Assembly (NCBI RefSeq): GCF_001194135.2
Contig: NC_069002.1
Location: 29,048,056-29,084,705 of the forward strand
Direction of reading: 5' to 3'
DNA: 36,650 bases
Source: Octopus bimaculoides
Lineage: Eukaryota
Shown here in pieces: positions 1-32,826 of this stretch (positions within the stretch are counted from its first letter, which is position 1; every line of letters begins with the position of its first letter). Below the pieces are notes generated by a model that saw only the letters and a list, made by a program, of their open reading frames with translations, was not told the DNA's origin and ran no database searches. The position numbers and the translations under genes were made by a program.

Positions 1-86
1 TCAATATAATCAACTAGTCCCCTCCTCACAAATTTGAGGTCTTGTGCCTTCAGTAGAAAGGATTATTATTATTATTATTGTTACTC

Positions 87-107
87 AGGCAACAAGCTGG
101 CAGAATC

Positions 108-146
<39 letters not shown>

Positions 147-324
147 TCCCCCCACCATCGCTTGACAACCGATGCTGGTGTGTTTATGTCCCCGTAACTT
201 AGCGGTTCGGCAAAAGAGACCGATAGAATAAGTACTAGGCTTACAAAAAATAACTCCTGGGGTCGATTTGCTCGACTAAAGGCGGTGCTCCAGCATGGTC
301 AAATGACTGAAACAAGTAAAAGAG
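87..324 (+). mobile_element. composite tRNA-derived SINE (family B-type head, (TG)n, family A 3' body)
   Basis: agctggcagaatcgt head, TG run, then the shared A body ...gcttgacaaccgatgctggtgtg...cagcatgg...aaatgactgaaacaagtaaaagag. Confidence 0.75.
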
Positions 325-413
325 TGTTATTATTATTATTATTAATTATCATCATCATCATTATTATTATTATTGTTATTACTATTATTATTATAGTTGT
401 TGTTGTTGTTTAG

Positions 414-493
414 GTGCTATCACCATTGCTCTGGGGTCAGGAGCATCTGGTACTTACACCAATTCCCCTGCACTTTGGGACCTCTTGTACAAG
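414..493 (+). CDS. LAP3: LAP3-like paralogue (gene A), exon homologous to gene B exon 11
   Basis: ttag|...|gtatgt; 80 nt, same length and phase as 27211-27290; GAITIALGSGASGTYTNSPALWDLLYK. Confidence 0.9.
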
Positions 494-869
494 GTATGTC
501 TTCTTCCTGTTAAAAAAAATTTTTTTTCTATAATGTTCAACTGATACTCTATTTATATCATTTCATTTTTATCTCATTTACAAAATATGAAAATGTCCAA
601 AGTATTATTTATTTATTTAAATCCATCATAAAATGTAACTCAAAAATTGGATGAAACAAGCAACTGTGAAGTTAAGCTCCTGTGCTACTGAACAAGGTAT
701 ATAACTCTGCTTGCACCAGTCTGCCTAGCTGACAAAAAAGAAGTTCCTCTCTTACTTAATGTTAGGAGTTGGCAGCAGGAACTATTTTGAGATAAAATTG
801 TTCCAATAAAAATACCCACCCCTCCTCCTACTTATGCAGGAATGAAATAAATGAATGTAAAAGATGTTT

Positions 870-1240
870 TATATGAAACTCTGATTGTAGGTGTACAATT
901 ATATATGTTTTATGTATACAGGTGTGTTTTTTGTTGGTATACAGACATGTTTCTGTTGGTGTACAGGTGTGCTTGTTGTACAGGTGTGCTTGTTTGCTGT
1001 AGATGCACAGGCATGTTTGTTCTCGGTTTATTAACTGTTTATTGTAGGTGTACATGTATGTTTGTTGTAGGTGTATAGGTATGTTTGTTCTAGGTGTACA
1101 GGTGTGTTTAATGGAGGTGTACGAGTGTGCTTGTTGATGGTGTACAGGTGTATTTAATAGAGGTGCACTGGAGAGTTGTAGGTGTACAGTTATGTTTGTT
1201 GTGGGTATACAGTTATGTATGTTGTGGGAATACAGGGCTG
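870..1240. repeat. degenerate GT-rich minisatellite (tgtacaggtg core)
   Basis: Repeated tgtacaggtg/tgtaggtg units with variable spacers. Confidence 0.75.
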
Positions 1241-1245
1241 ATAAG

Positions 1246-1600
1246 GACAGCTGTGTACAGAAGTGCCGATCTCTAAATGTGGAGGGAACTTGTGGAAGAG
1301 ATAGGGATGAGTTGGTGAAGCATGATCTTTGACCGTTGGGCCTCATGGAGGCGATGACAAGTGACCGAGACCTTTGGCGATATGCAATGCTTGAGAAGAC
1401 TTGTCAAGCCAAGTGAAATGCACCTATTACACTCTAGGAGTGGTTGGCATTAGGAAGGGCATCCAGCCGTAGAAACCATGCCAAATCAGATTGGAACCTG
1501 GTGCAGCTCTCCAGCTTACCAGTTCCAGTCAAACTGTCTAACCCATGCCAGCATGGAAAGCAGACACTAAATGACAATGAAGATGATGATGATCATGATC
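1246..1600 (+). mobile_element. 5'-truncated RTE-clade LINE 3' end (ORF C-terminus plus 3' UTR and (GAT)n tail)
   Basis: 1246-1416 reads DSCVQKCRSLNVEGTCGR..DELVKHDL*PLGLMEAMTSDRDLWRYAMLEKTCQAK*, like RTE RT C-termini (GR...W...D...DR..WR), with an in-frame stop. It is followed by gttggcattaggaagggcatccag...cccatgccagcatggaaag...aatga(tga)n. Confidence 0.75.
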
Positions 1601-2144
1601 ATCATTACCACCACCACCACCACCACCACCACCACCACCAGCAGCAGCAGCATAACCACCCCGCTCCTCTTCATCTTTACCCCACCNNNNNNNNNNNNNN
1701 NNNNNNNNNNNNNNNNNNNNNNNNNNNNNNNNNNNNNNNNNNNNNNNNNNNNNNNNNNNNNNNNNNNNNNNNNNNNNNNNNNNNNNNNNNNNNNNNNNNN
1801 NNNNNNNNNNNNNNNNNNNNNNNNNNNNNNNNNNNNNNNNNNNNNNNNNNNNNNNNNNNNNNNNNNNNNNNNNNNNNNNNNNNNNNNNNNNNNNNNNNNN
1901 NNNNNNNNNNNNNNNNNNNNNNNNNNNNNNNNNNNNNNNNNNNNNNNNNNNNNNNNNNNNNNNNNNNNNNNNNNNNNNNNNNNNNNNNNNNNNNNNNNNN
2001 NNNNNNNNNNNNNNNNNNNNNNNNNNNNNNNNNNNNNNNNNNNNNNNNNNNNNNNNNNNNNNNNNNNNNNNNNNNNNNNNNNNNNNNNNNNNNNNNNNNN
2101 NNNNNNNNNNNNNNNNNNNNNNNNNNNNNNNNATGATTGTCAAA

Positions 2145-2375
2145 GGTGGTGAGCTGGCAGAGACGTTACTCCACCGGGCGAAATGCTTAGCAGTATTCCG
2201 TCTGCCGTTACGTTCTGAGTTCAAATTCTGCCGAGGTTGACTTTGCCTTTCATTCTTTCAGGGTCGATTAAATAAGTACCAGTTACGCACTGGGGTCGAT
2301 ATAATCAACTTAATCCGTTTGTCTGTCCTTGTTTGTCCCCTCTATGTTTAGCCCCTCGTGGGCAATAAAGAAATG
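2145..2375 (+). mobile_element. tRNA-derived SINE, family B
   Basis: gtggtgagctggcaga...ttctgagttcaaattctgccgaggttgactttgcctttcat...ggggtcgat; many similar copies in the window. Confidence 0.8.
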
Positions 2376-2384
2376 AGAATTATA

Positions 2385-2690
2385 ATATGATTGTCGTCGT
2401 CATCATCATTTAACGTCTGTTTTCCATGCTGGCATGGGTTGGATGGTTTGACAGGAGCTGGCAAGCCAGAAGACTGCACCAAGCCCCACTGTCTATTTTG
2501 GCATGGTTTTTGCGACTGGATACCCTTCCTAATGCCAACCACTCTACAGAGTGTACTGGGTGCTTTTTTATGTGGCACCAGCACTGATGAGGTCTGTTTT
2601 GGCATGGGGTTTATGGTTAGGTACCCTTCCTAATGCCAACCACTCTACAGAGTGTACTGGGTGTTTTTTATGTGGCATCGTCACCAGAGC
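2385..2690 (-). mobile_element. RTE-tail repeat (family E), with internal duplication
   Basis: Reverse complement of the 1430-1600 3' UTR; cccttcctaatgccaaccactctacagagtgtactggg occurs twice. Confidence 0.75.
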
Positions 2691-2797
2691 TGGTTTGTGA
2701 GAATTAAAGTTATTGAAGACGATGATTTGAGGGAGGGTTGAAAGGAGACATATTTCCTAAATGCAGCAGGAGACATGTTGAAGAGGGGACTGATGTT

Positions 2798-2931
2798 TTA
2801 ACCCGTTAGCATTCAGATTACTTATTTATACGCGTTGTTTTGAATTAATCATGCTTTGTCTTGTAGTTAAGACATTTCAACGATGTGGTTGTTTGAGCTG
2901 GATTTGGCTGGTTTAAATGGTAAAAGGTTAA
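2798..2931. mobile_element. TTAA-flanked MITE relic (piggyBac-like termini)
   Basis: ttaacccgttagcatt ... aaatggtaaaaggttaa; related to the copies at 21855-22710. Confidence 0.6.
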
Positions 2932-3229
2932 AAAGTTAGGAGAGTGGTAGAAGGATTAAATGTGGCTGGCAGGGAGGGGAAGAAGACTTTAAACCAGAGT
3001 AAATCCTATAGAACATCCTGCAGACATTGAAGACCAGCACAGCCCTTAGGCTATTCGGATCCTGTTAGACGGTCAAACCCACACCAGCAGGGAATATGGA
3101 CATTAAAGTATGATGGTGATGATGATATATATTGCGCTTTGCTGCTATTTTCTTGAGTAACTCTGGCTGCAGTCTCTCTTCCTTGTGAATATAAAGATTC
3201 CATTTTTGTTCTTTCTTTTTGTTTTGCAG

Positions 3230-3323
3230 GAATTTATCCAATCCAGTGACTGGATTCATTTAGATATATCAGGTGTGAGAACGAACCAAGATGAAGTTCC
3301 TTATCTTGGTCGTGGAATGTCAG
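3230..3323 (+). CDS. LAP3: LAP3-like paralogue (gene A), exon homologous to gene B exon 13
   Basis: tgcag|...|gtaaga; 94 nt, same as 28651-28744; EFIQSSDWIHLDISGVRTNQDEVPYLGRGMS. Confidence 0.93.
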
Positions 3324-3359
3324 GTAAGAGCATCTATTATTGAGTGTGGATTGGGACAT

Positions 3360-3656
3360 AGGTTGGTGGATTGGCAGATAGGGCAGTGGATTGGCAGATA
3401 GGGCCGTGGATTGGCAGATAGGGCAGTGGATTGGCAGATAGGGCAGTGGATTGGCAGATAGGGCAGTGGATTGGCAGATAGGGCAGTGGATTGGCAGATA
3501 GGGCAGTGGATTAGCAGATAGGGCAGTGGATTGACAGATAGGGCAGTGGATTGACAGATAGGGCAGTGGATTGGCAGATAGGGCAGTGGATTGGCAGATA
3601 GGGCAGTAGATTGGCAGATAGGGCAGTGGATTGGCAGATAGGGCAGTGGATTAGCA
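3360..3656. repeat. 20-bp minisatellite (gtggattggcagatagggca), about 14 copies
   Basis: Near-perfect tandem units directly visible. Confidence 0.95.
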
Positions 3657-3753
3657 AAATTGTTAGAGCATTGGAAAAAATGGTCCAACATACTAATCTC
3701 AAGACAACATCGTTACTAACACAACTAGCGTGTAACAGCTATATAATGATAAT

Positions 3754-4117
3754 AGGCTGTGTGGTAAGTAGCTTGCTTATCAACCACATGGTTCTGGGTT
3801 CAGTCCCACTGTGTGGCATCTTGGGCAAGTGTCTTCTACTATAGCCTCAGGCTGACTAATGCCTTGTGAGTGGATTTGGTAGGCAGAAACTGAAAGAAGC
3901 CCGTCGTATATATCTGTGTGTGTGTGTATGTTTGGGTGTCTTTGTTTGTCCCCCCAACATCGCTTGACAACTGATGCTGGTGTGTTTACATCCCCGTAAC
4001 TTAGCGCTTTGGCAAAAGAGACTGATAGAATAAGTACTGGGGTCGGTTTGCTTGACTAAAGGTGGTGCCCCAGCATGGCCGCAGTCAAATGACTGAAACA
4101 AATAAAAGAGTAAAAGA
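3754..4117 (+). mobile_element. tRNA-derived SINE, family A, full length
   Basis: gtggtaagtagcttgct...ggttcagtccc (A/B-box-like head), TG hinge, tail gaaacaaataaaagagtaaaaga. Confidence 0.85.
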
Positions 4118-4559
4118 AACGGATAAATGATAATAATAATAATAATAATAACAACAATTCTTTCTAATTTTTGCACAAGGCCAGCAATTCTGAGGGGAAG
4201 AGTGGATTGATTACATCATTGACCCAAGATGTGCTCAGTTGATATTTTGTTGACCCTAGAAGAATCTTCTTCTTCTTACAAATTCTGATATTGCCTTTCA
4301 TCTTTTGGGATCAATAAAATAAGTACCAGTTGTGTACTGGTGTTGGTGTAATCGACTTACCCCTCCCTGGAAATTGCTGACCTCTCTGGCCAGGTACCCT
4401 TGTACCTCCTCTACAGCAAGACATCTGTTTCTGCCTCTCTGTCTCTCTCATTCTAACCTTTCATCATCTGACACAAGATCACCTCCTCCAATGCCCCCTT
4501 CCCTCTCAAAGGATCTTTGTCTTGCAAGTTACTTGGTGACCCTACCAGTACTGGTGCCA

Positions 4560-4845
4560 TATAAAAAGCACCCAGTCCACACTGTAAAGTGGTTGGCATT
4601 TAGAAGGGCATCCAGTTGTAAAAACCATACCAAAACTGACCTCGCCTGTGCTGGTGCCATGTAAAAAGCACTCAGTCCACTCTATGGGGTGATTGGTGTT
4701 TAGGAAGGGCCTCCAGTTGTAAAGACCATGCCAAAACCAACACAGTAGCCTGGAGTAGTCTTCTGCCTAGCCTGCTCCTGTCAAACCATTCAACCTATGC
4801 TTGCATGGAAGGAGGACATTAAATGACGACAATGATGGTGATGTG
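4560..4845 (+). mobile_element. RTE-tail repeat (family E), partly duplicated
   Basis: gtggttggcatttagaagggcatccagttgtaaaaaccat... twice, ending cctatgcttgcatggaag...aatgacgacaatgatgg. Confidence 0.7.
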
Positions 4846-4862
4846 CCAAAATTTGAAACCTT

Positions 4863-5242
4863 TATTACCTCCGCCTTCGCTAAGGCGGAGGTATTGTTTT
4901 CAGTCGTGTTTGTGTGTTTGTTTGTTTGTCCGTGGACAAGATATCTCAAGAACTGCTGGATGGATTCGGATGAAACTTTCAGGGATGTTTGGCCTTGTGA
5001 CTGGCATGAACTGTTTAAATTTTGGGATCGATCTGGTACCAGACAAGGATTCTGGATGATTTTTCCTGTTTTTTTTTCACTTAATTTTTAAGAGTGGTCG
5101 GGTTCATTTTTAGTATTCTCATTTGTGAGAGCAGTTGAGTTTATTTCAGATATTCTCATTGTAAAAATCATCTCTGGTTAATTGTTGAGAGGACGTTGGT
5201 GTTGCCATGGCGGAGGTTTGCACTCACTGAGTGCTCTTGTTT
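4863..5242 (+). mobile_element. Helentron-associated non-autonomous element (HINE/DINE-1-like)
   Basis: 5' tacctccgcc (4866-4875) with its nearby inverse ggcggaggta (4884-4893), (GTTT)n, 3' ggcggaggt (5209-5217), hairpin gcactca-c-tgagtgc (5220-5234), T-rich flanks. Confidence 0.75.
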
Positions 5243-5309
5243 TAGACTGAATTAATTTGAGATGTATTATGTAAAGTTAAAAAAAACATTATTCTTTTTG
5301 TTGCTTTAG

Positions 5310-5374
5310 GTCGACCAACAAGAACAGTGATAGAATTCTTGTCCCTGTATAACCAGAAGAATCAAACTCATTAA
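5310..5374 (+). CDS. LAP3: LAP3-like paralogue (gene A), last coding exon
   Basis: tttag|; GRPTRTVIEFLSLYNQKNQTH* (TAA 5372-5374). Confidence 0.92.
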
Positions 5375-6204
5375 TTTATAAATTTGTAAATCAACTTCAA
5401 CACATTGTGAAGGAAATCNNNNNNNNNNNNNNNNNNNNNNNNNNNNNNNNNNNNNNNNNNNNNNNNNNNNNNNNNNNNNNNNNNNNNNNNNNNNNNNNNN
5501 NNNNNNNNNNNNNNNNNNNNNNNNNNNNNNNNNNNNNNNNNNAATCCTATTTATTAAAGAACAAGTGTTTAGTTTGGTCTGTGACCATTCAGAAGTCTTC
5601 AAACTTTAAAGGGCTGGTTGTATTTAATGTAAGAAGGGAGATATGTACCAATGGTCAAATGGTGCCTGTTGTGGTCTTTATGACCTGGACGTGTCCAACA
5701 TTATTCAAGTCGATAGAGTTTGATTTGTGGTTGCACTCAAGAAGGGTTTGTAACTTTGTAACTGCTTATGTCAGTGTATAACCACCACTGTCACCAACAC
5801 TCCTCTCTCTCTCCCACTATCTCTTTCTTTGTATGTGTCCCTCATTCTCTGTTTCCATTCCACTACTCTAGAAAAAGAGAGAGAGAGATGTGAGTGATGG
5901 AAAACAAAGCAGAATGAAAAAAAAATTTCAGAAGTTTCACGTTTGCACAAACATATTTTTTTTAATCTTTCAGTAACTCTCTCACTTTCTTCAAACTTTC
6001 TTTCTGCTTTCTTTTTGCCACCACTATGCCATCTCAGCTTTTTTGTTTTAGTCTCTTCCTTACAGATACTAGAATATGGTTTGAGAAAGATTTGGTTGCT
6101 ATTTCTCAAAATAAACAAACTAGCAGACTTTCTCTTGGATAAACCTTAGATAAGTGACATGGAGAGATAAAATTTGCATTCATGGTAACTGCTAGTTTTC
6201 CTAT

Positions 6205-6216
6205 AATAAAAATAAA
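6205..6216 (+). promoter_or_regulatory. candidate polyadenylation signals of gene A
   Basis: Tandem AATAAA AATAAA about 830 nt after the gene A stop; AT-rich context, so it may be chance. Confidence 0.25.
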
Positions 6217-6494
6217 AACAAGGAAAAAATTGCTTGCTCCTGGACATGTATGTATAGACGAATGATCAACACAAACTGACTGATGCCTGATTTACATGAC
6301 CAAAGGTGTACAAACCGTCTGTTTACATTAGAACTACATTATTGAATGTGGCCTTATCATTTAGTGATGCTAGAGTGATTTGATGAATATATTTGGCTGC
6401 CGTTTATAGCAAGTCAAACAACATGCCTCCAATGAAGGCCTCATTGGATTATTTGCTGTTGTTTTACTTGTTAATATGCCAAGTGTCAAACTTT

Positions 6495-8190
6495 ACATTC
6501 TGAGTTCAAATTTCGCCCAAGTTGACTTCGTCTTTCATCCTTTTGGAATTAATAACATAAGTACCAGTTGAGCGCTGGGGTCAAGGTAATCGACTTATCC
6601 TCTCTTCTGAAATTACTGGCCTTGTGCCGAAATTTCAAATTTCAAATATCAAGTAGCAAACTTTACGTTTTGAGTTCAAATTCTGCCAAGGTTGACATTG
6701 CCTTTTATCTTTTCGGGGTCAATAAGATCAGAACCAGTTGAGTAACGGGGATCGATGTAATCCACTTACCCCCACCCCCGAAATTGCTAGTCTTGTGCCA
6801 AAATTTGTAACTAATATGTTGAGTATCAAAACAAGGGTGGCAAGCTTGCAGAATGTGGAGGCGCGTGGCTTAGTGGTTAGGGTGTCAGCACCATGATCGT
6901 AAGATTGTGGTTTTGATTCTTGGACCGGGCAACGCGTTGTGTTCTTGAGCAAAACACTTCATTTCACGTTGCTCCAGTCCACTCAGCTGGCAAAAATGAG
7001 TAACGCTGCGATGGACTGGCGTCCTGTCCAGCTGGGGAACACATACGCCATTGAAACTGGGAAGCCGGGCCCATGGGCCTGGCTAGGCTTTAAAAGGGCG
7101 CATTTATTTATTATAAGCTTGCAGAATGGTTTGCATATTGGACGAAATGCTTAGCAGCATTTTGTCTGTCTTCATGTTCTGAGTTCAAATTTGGCCGAGG
7201 TTGACTTTGCCTTTCATCCTTCAAGGGTCCATAAAATGTTAAGTACCAGGCGTGGCTGTATGATAAGAAGCTTGCTTCTCAACCACGTGATTCCAGGTTC
7301 AGTTCCACTGCATGGTATCTTGGGTAAGTGTCGTCTACTATAGCCTCGGGCTGACCAAAGTCTTGTGTGTGGATTTGGTAGACAGAAACTGAAAGCCCTA
7401 CATATATGTATATATATATATGTATGGCACAGGAGTGACTGTGTGGTAAGTAGTATGATTACCAACCACATGGTTCTGGGTTCAGTCCCACTGCGTGGCA
7501 CCTTGGGCAAGTGTCTTCTACTATAGCCTCGGGCCGACCAAAGCCTTGTGAGTGGATTTGGTAGATGGAAACTGAAAGAAGCCTATCGTATATATGTATA
7601 TGTATATTTGTGTCTGTGTTTGTCCCACCAACATTGCTTGACAACCGATGCTGGTGTGTTTACGTCCCCGTGACTTAGCGGTTCGGCAAAAAGAGACCAA
7701 TAGAATAAGTACTAGGCTTACAAAGAATAAGTCCTGGGGTCGATTTGCTCGACTAAAGGCAGTGCTCCAGCATGGCCGCAGTCAAATGACTGAAACAAAT
7801 AAAAGAGTAAAAGAAAGAGTAAGAGTATATGTGTGTATCTTTGTGTCTGTTTGTTCCCACCCACCATCGCTTGACGACTGATGTTGGTGTGTTTGTGTCC
7901 CCTTAACTTAGCAGTTAGGCAAAAGAGACTGGTAGAATAAGTACTAGGCTTCCAAAGAATAAGATCTGGGGTCGATTTTTTTGGCTTAAAAATCCTTCAA
8001 GGTGGTGCTCCAGCATCGTCGCATTCAAATGACCGAAACAAGTAAAAGAATATATGCCACGGAAGTAGGCATTATCTTTCATCCTTTTAGGGTCGATAAA
8101 ATAAATACCAGTTGAGTACTGAGGTCGATGTACTCGACTTACACCGGCCCTCGAAATTACTGGCCTAGTGCCAAAATTTGAAATTACTAC
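6495..8190 (+). mobile_element. dense stack of about 8 SINEs (families B, B, B split by D, A-5', A, A-3', B)
   Basis: Consecutive recognisable copies at about 6495-6635, 6665-6810, 6835-7248, 7249-7400, 7426-7813, 7830-8050 and 8065-8185. Confidence 0.8.
6856..7114 (+). mobile_element. tRNA-derived SINE, family D, inserted into a family B head
   Basis: ggaggcgcgtggcttagtggttagg head, tttatttatta tail, 14-bp target duplication aagcttgcagaatg at 6842-6855 and 7115-7128. Confidence 0.85.
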
Positions 8191-8333
8191 GTTGAGTACC
8201 AGCGACATCCATCTATGACATTCAACATTAACGACCAGTGGTAGGCATAAACCCCCACCACCAGCATCCCCCCCCCCAACTGCCATCGAAGCATATGAAC
8301 AAGGGAAGTAACTCTAATCATACTAAATTGAAC

Positions 8334-30502
<22,169 letters not shown>

Positions 30503-30531
30503 AAAAACAGTTTATTGATACCACAAACTGC

Positions 30532-30575
<44 letters not shown>

Positions 30576-30655
30576 TTAGGGAAAAGAACCAAGTTTCAAG
30601 AACTCATCAGTGAAAATCCATTGTCACATATAGAAAAATTAATAAGTAAAATCAC

Positions 30656-30709
30656 AATAAATAAGTATAATATAATACAAAGTAAATATCATAAGATAAT
30701 GATAATAAA
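30656..30709 (+). promoter_or_regulatory. candidate polyadenylation signals of gene B
   Basis: AATAAA at 30656 and 30704 downstream of the stop; very AT-rich and possibly repeat-derived. Confidence 0.2.
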
Positions 30710-31828
30710 ACAACTACATGTATTTCATAACCAATTTTCAAATATATGGTAGAATAATAAAAAGAAAGTTCTTAGTACAGTATTATATATTTGAAAAAAT
30801 GAGTACAGATGTCTTTTTTGGGGGGATAATTTCTATTTTAATAATGATGTTTAGAGTGAGTGATTCTGGTATGAGTTTCAAGCTTCAAGTAGCCGTTTTC
30901 AAACTGAAAAATATGATTTATTGGATGCTTAAATAACAAAAGAGTTGTTCTTGCAAGTATACACACAAAAAATAGATATACACAAAAAAGGGAAAAGTAT
31001 ACAAAAATAATAGCAAAGCATGTGTGTGTAAGAAGAAGAATGAGAAAAAGGAAGGAGGCGACAAAGAAGGGGAAAAAAATTAGGAAATGAAATAGAGATA
31101 AAAATAAAAATAAAAAATGCAAATTAATTTATTAATTAATCAACTTACTCTTCTACATCTGTTTCATTTTGCAAACAAAATTAAAATTACAAAACATGCA
31201 TAAATATATAATTTTGCAGCTCTGATAATGGGCTGGAGTAGTTGGAGAACATGAATGCCATATGGTGAGAGAGGATTTTTAGGGTTTGAATTAATGCAAG
31301 AAAAACAAAGGAAATATTCATTTTTCATAGTTTCTAGGGATAAGAAAAGAGGAAACCATAGTTGCTACCCAAGGACAAAAACCGTGTAATGCACCGTTAT
31401 AATTTCTGGAATTAATAAAAAGATCCCGAACATCTACATACGGCAGAAGGGGGTGGGGAGTACTGGAACCTTATTTAGCGTCTCCAAAAAAAAAAAAAAA
31501 AGGGAAAGAAAAAGCTGAACCGAAGGAATTTGAGCATAAAACCTGAATGAATACCAAAAGGCATTTTCTCTGACGTTTTATGCTGATAGTACACCTCTCA
31601 TATCCTGTACTTTGTATTTTAATTGGCAGAGTGTTTTCATGATAGATAACAACAGCAGTTGAAACAGTAATTGTAGTAAAATTTTTGTCGGTGAGAGGTG
31701 TAGCTACATGTTTTGATAAATATCGCCACAAAGATGTTAATATCCTGTACACAAATTACTTTTTGTTTTACAAATACAAGATGATAGATAGAGAGACAGA
31801 TAGATAGATAGATACAAATATAGATGTA

Positions 31829-31876
<48 letters not shown>

Positions 31877-31998
31877 NNNNNNNNNNNNNNNNNNNNNNNN
31901 NNNNNNNNNNNNNNNNNNNNNNNNNNNNNNNNNNNNNNNNNNNNNNNNNNNNNNNNNNNNNNNNNNNNNNNNNNNNNNNNNNNNNNNNNNNNNNNNNN

Positions 31999-32575
31999 AG
32001 GCAGTGGCTCTCATGGCTTCTGATCTTAATTGATTGGAAGTGTTATCATGTACATTGTTTTGTCTTGGTATAAAAAGATGGGCTACAGCAAATATTCTGC
32101 TTAATACCACAGATTTGCTTGTCAGTTGTTTGACCTTAATCAGTTGAGCATGTCCCTTGGTGGCTGGCGATACGTGCATCTCTGATCATGAGCAGAAGTA
32201 GTGGGGGAGCATCATAGCCATGTGTTGAGAGGAATTCTTTGGGGTTTGAATAATTTACCTTTGGAAACATGGGTGTTTTGCTCAGCATCCTTAAACAAAC
32301 CTTATTCAGGGACCTTTTGAGTGGGATGGGCTACTCGACCTGAAGAAAATTCTAACTGGGCCCCACCTGCAAAGTCATGCGCTGTTTATCTTGATATGCG
32401 ATCACCATGTGGAGCACATATAGTTGTGATGCATGCACCTGGTGTACCCTTATCAGATGGGTAGTTATGATGGGTATACTGGGCTTCGTATATTTTACCT
32501 CAGTGTCACTTTGATGGCATGCACTGCTCTCTCACTCAATAATAATAATGATAATAATAATAATAATAATAATAT
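31999..32575 (+). mobile_element. probable LINE 3' UTR fragment with (AAT)n tail
   Basis: Higher-GC non-coding block ending ...ctctcactc(aat)n; superfamily not assignable from sequence alone. Confidence 0.45.
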
Positions 32576-32689
32576 TAAGTAGAAGTAAAAGAGAGACTGA
32601 AGGTCCGAGTGTGTTGTCTGTTGGCATTTATGAAACTAGTTACCGGTCAAAGACCAGTGCGATTATATTGTTTCTTCTTTTATTCTGCT

Positions 32690-32826
32690 ACTTGTTTCAG
32701 TTATTTAACTGCGGCCATGTTGAAACAAATCGACCTCAGGGCTTGTTCTTTGTAAGACTAGTACTTATTCTCTTTTGCTGAACCGCTAAGTTATGGGGAC
32801 GTAAACACACCAACATTGGTTGTCAA
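32690..32826 (-). mobile_element. family A SINE 3' fragment
   Basis: cttgtttcagttatttaactgcggccatg...gaaccgctaagttatggggacgtaaacacacc. Confidence 0.75.

Noticed and set aside
828-1346. 172-aa minus-strand ORF
   Set aside because: It spans the degenerate tgtacaggtg repeat and the antisense of the LINE fragment; no protein-family signal.
1444-2224. Poly-His/Thr/Gly ORFs
   Set aside because: Translations of the (GAT)(CAC)(CAG) expansion at the LINE tail plus the N gap.
3320-3702. Cys/His-periodic ORFs (IHCPICQS repeats) resembling zinc fingers
   Set aside because: Antisense translation of the 20-bp minisatellite, with no splice or start context.
8238-8333. ORF-track N-terminal extension MVGINPHHQHPPPQ...
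   Set aside because: It starts at a GTG in low-complexity sequence; ATG 8334 has the best context and begins the presequence-like peptide.
30580-30615. Second hammerhead-like core on the minus strand (ctgatgag-ttctt-gaaac) after the gene B stop
   Set aside because: CTGATGA and GAAAC are present but stems I and II do not pair; at most a decayed Penelope-like remnant.
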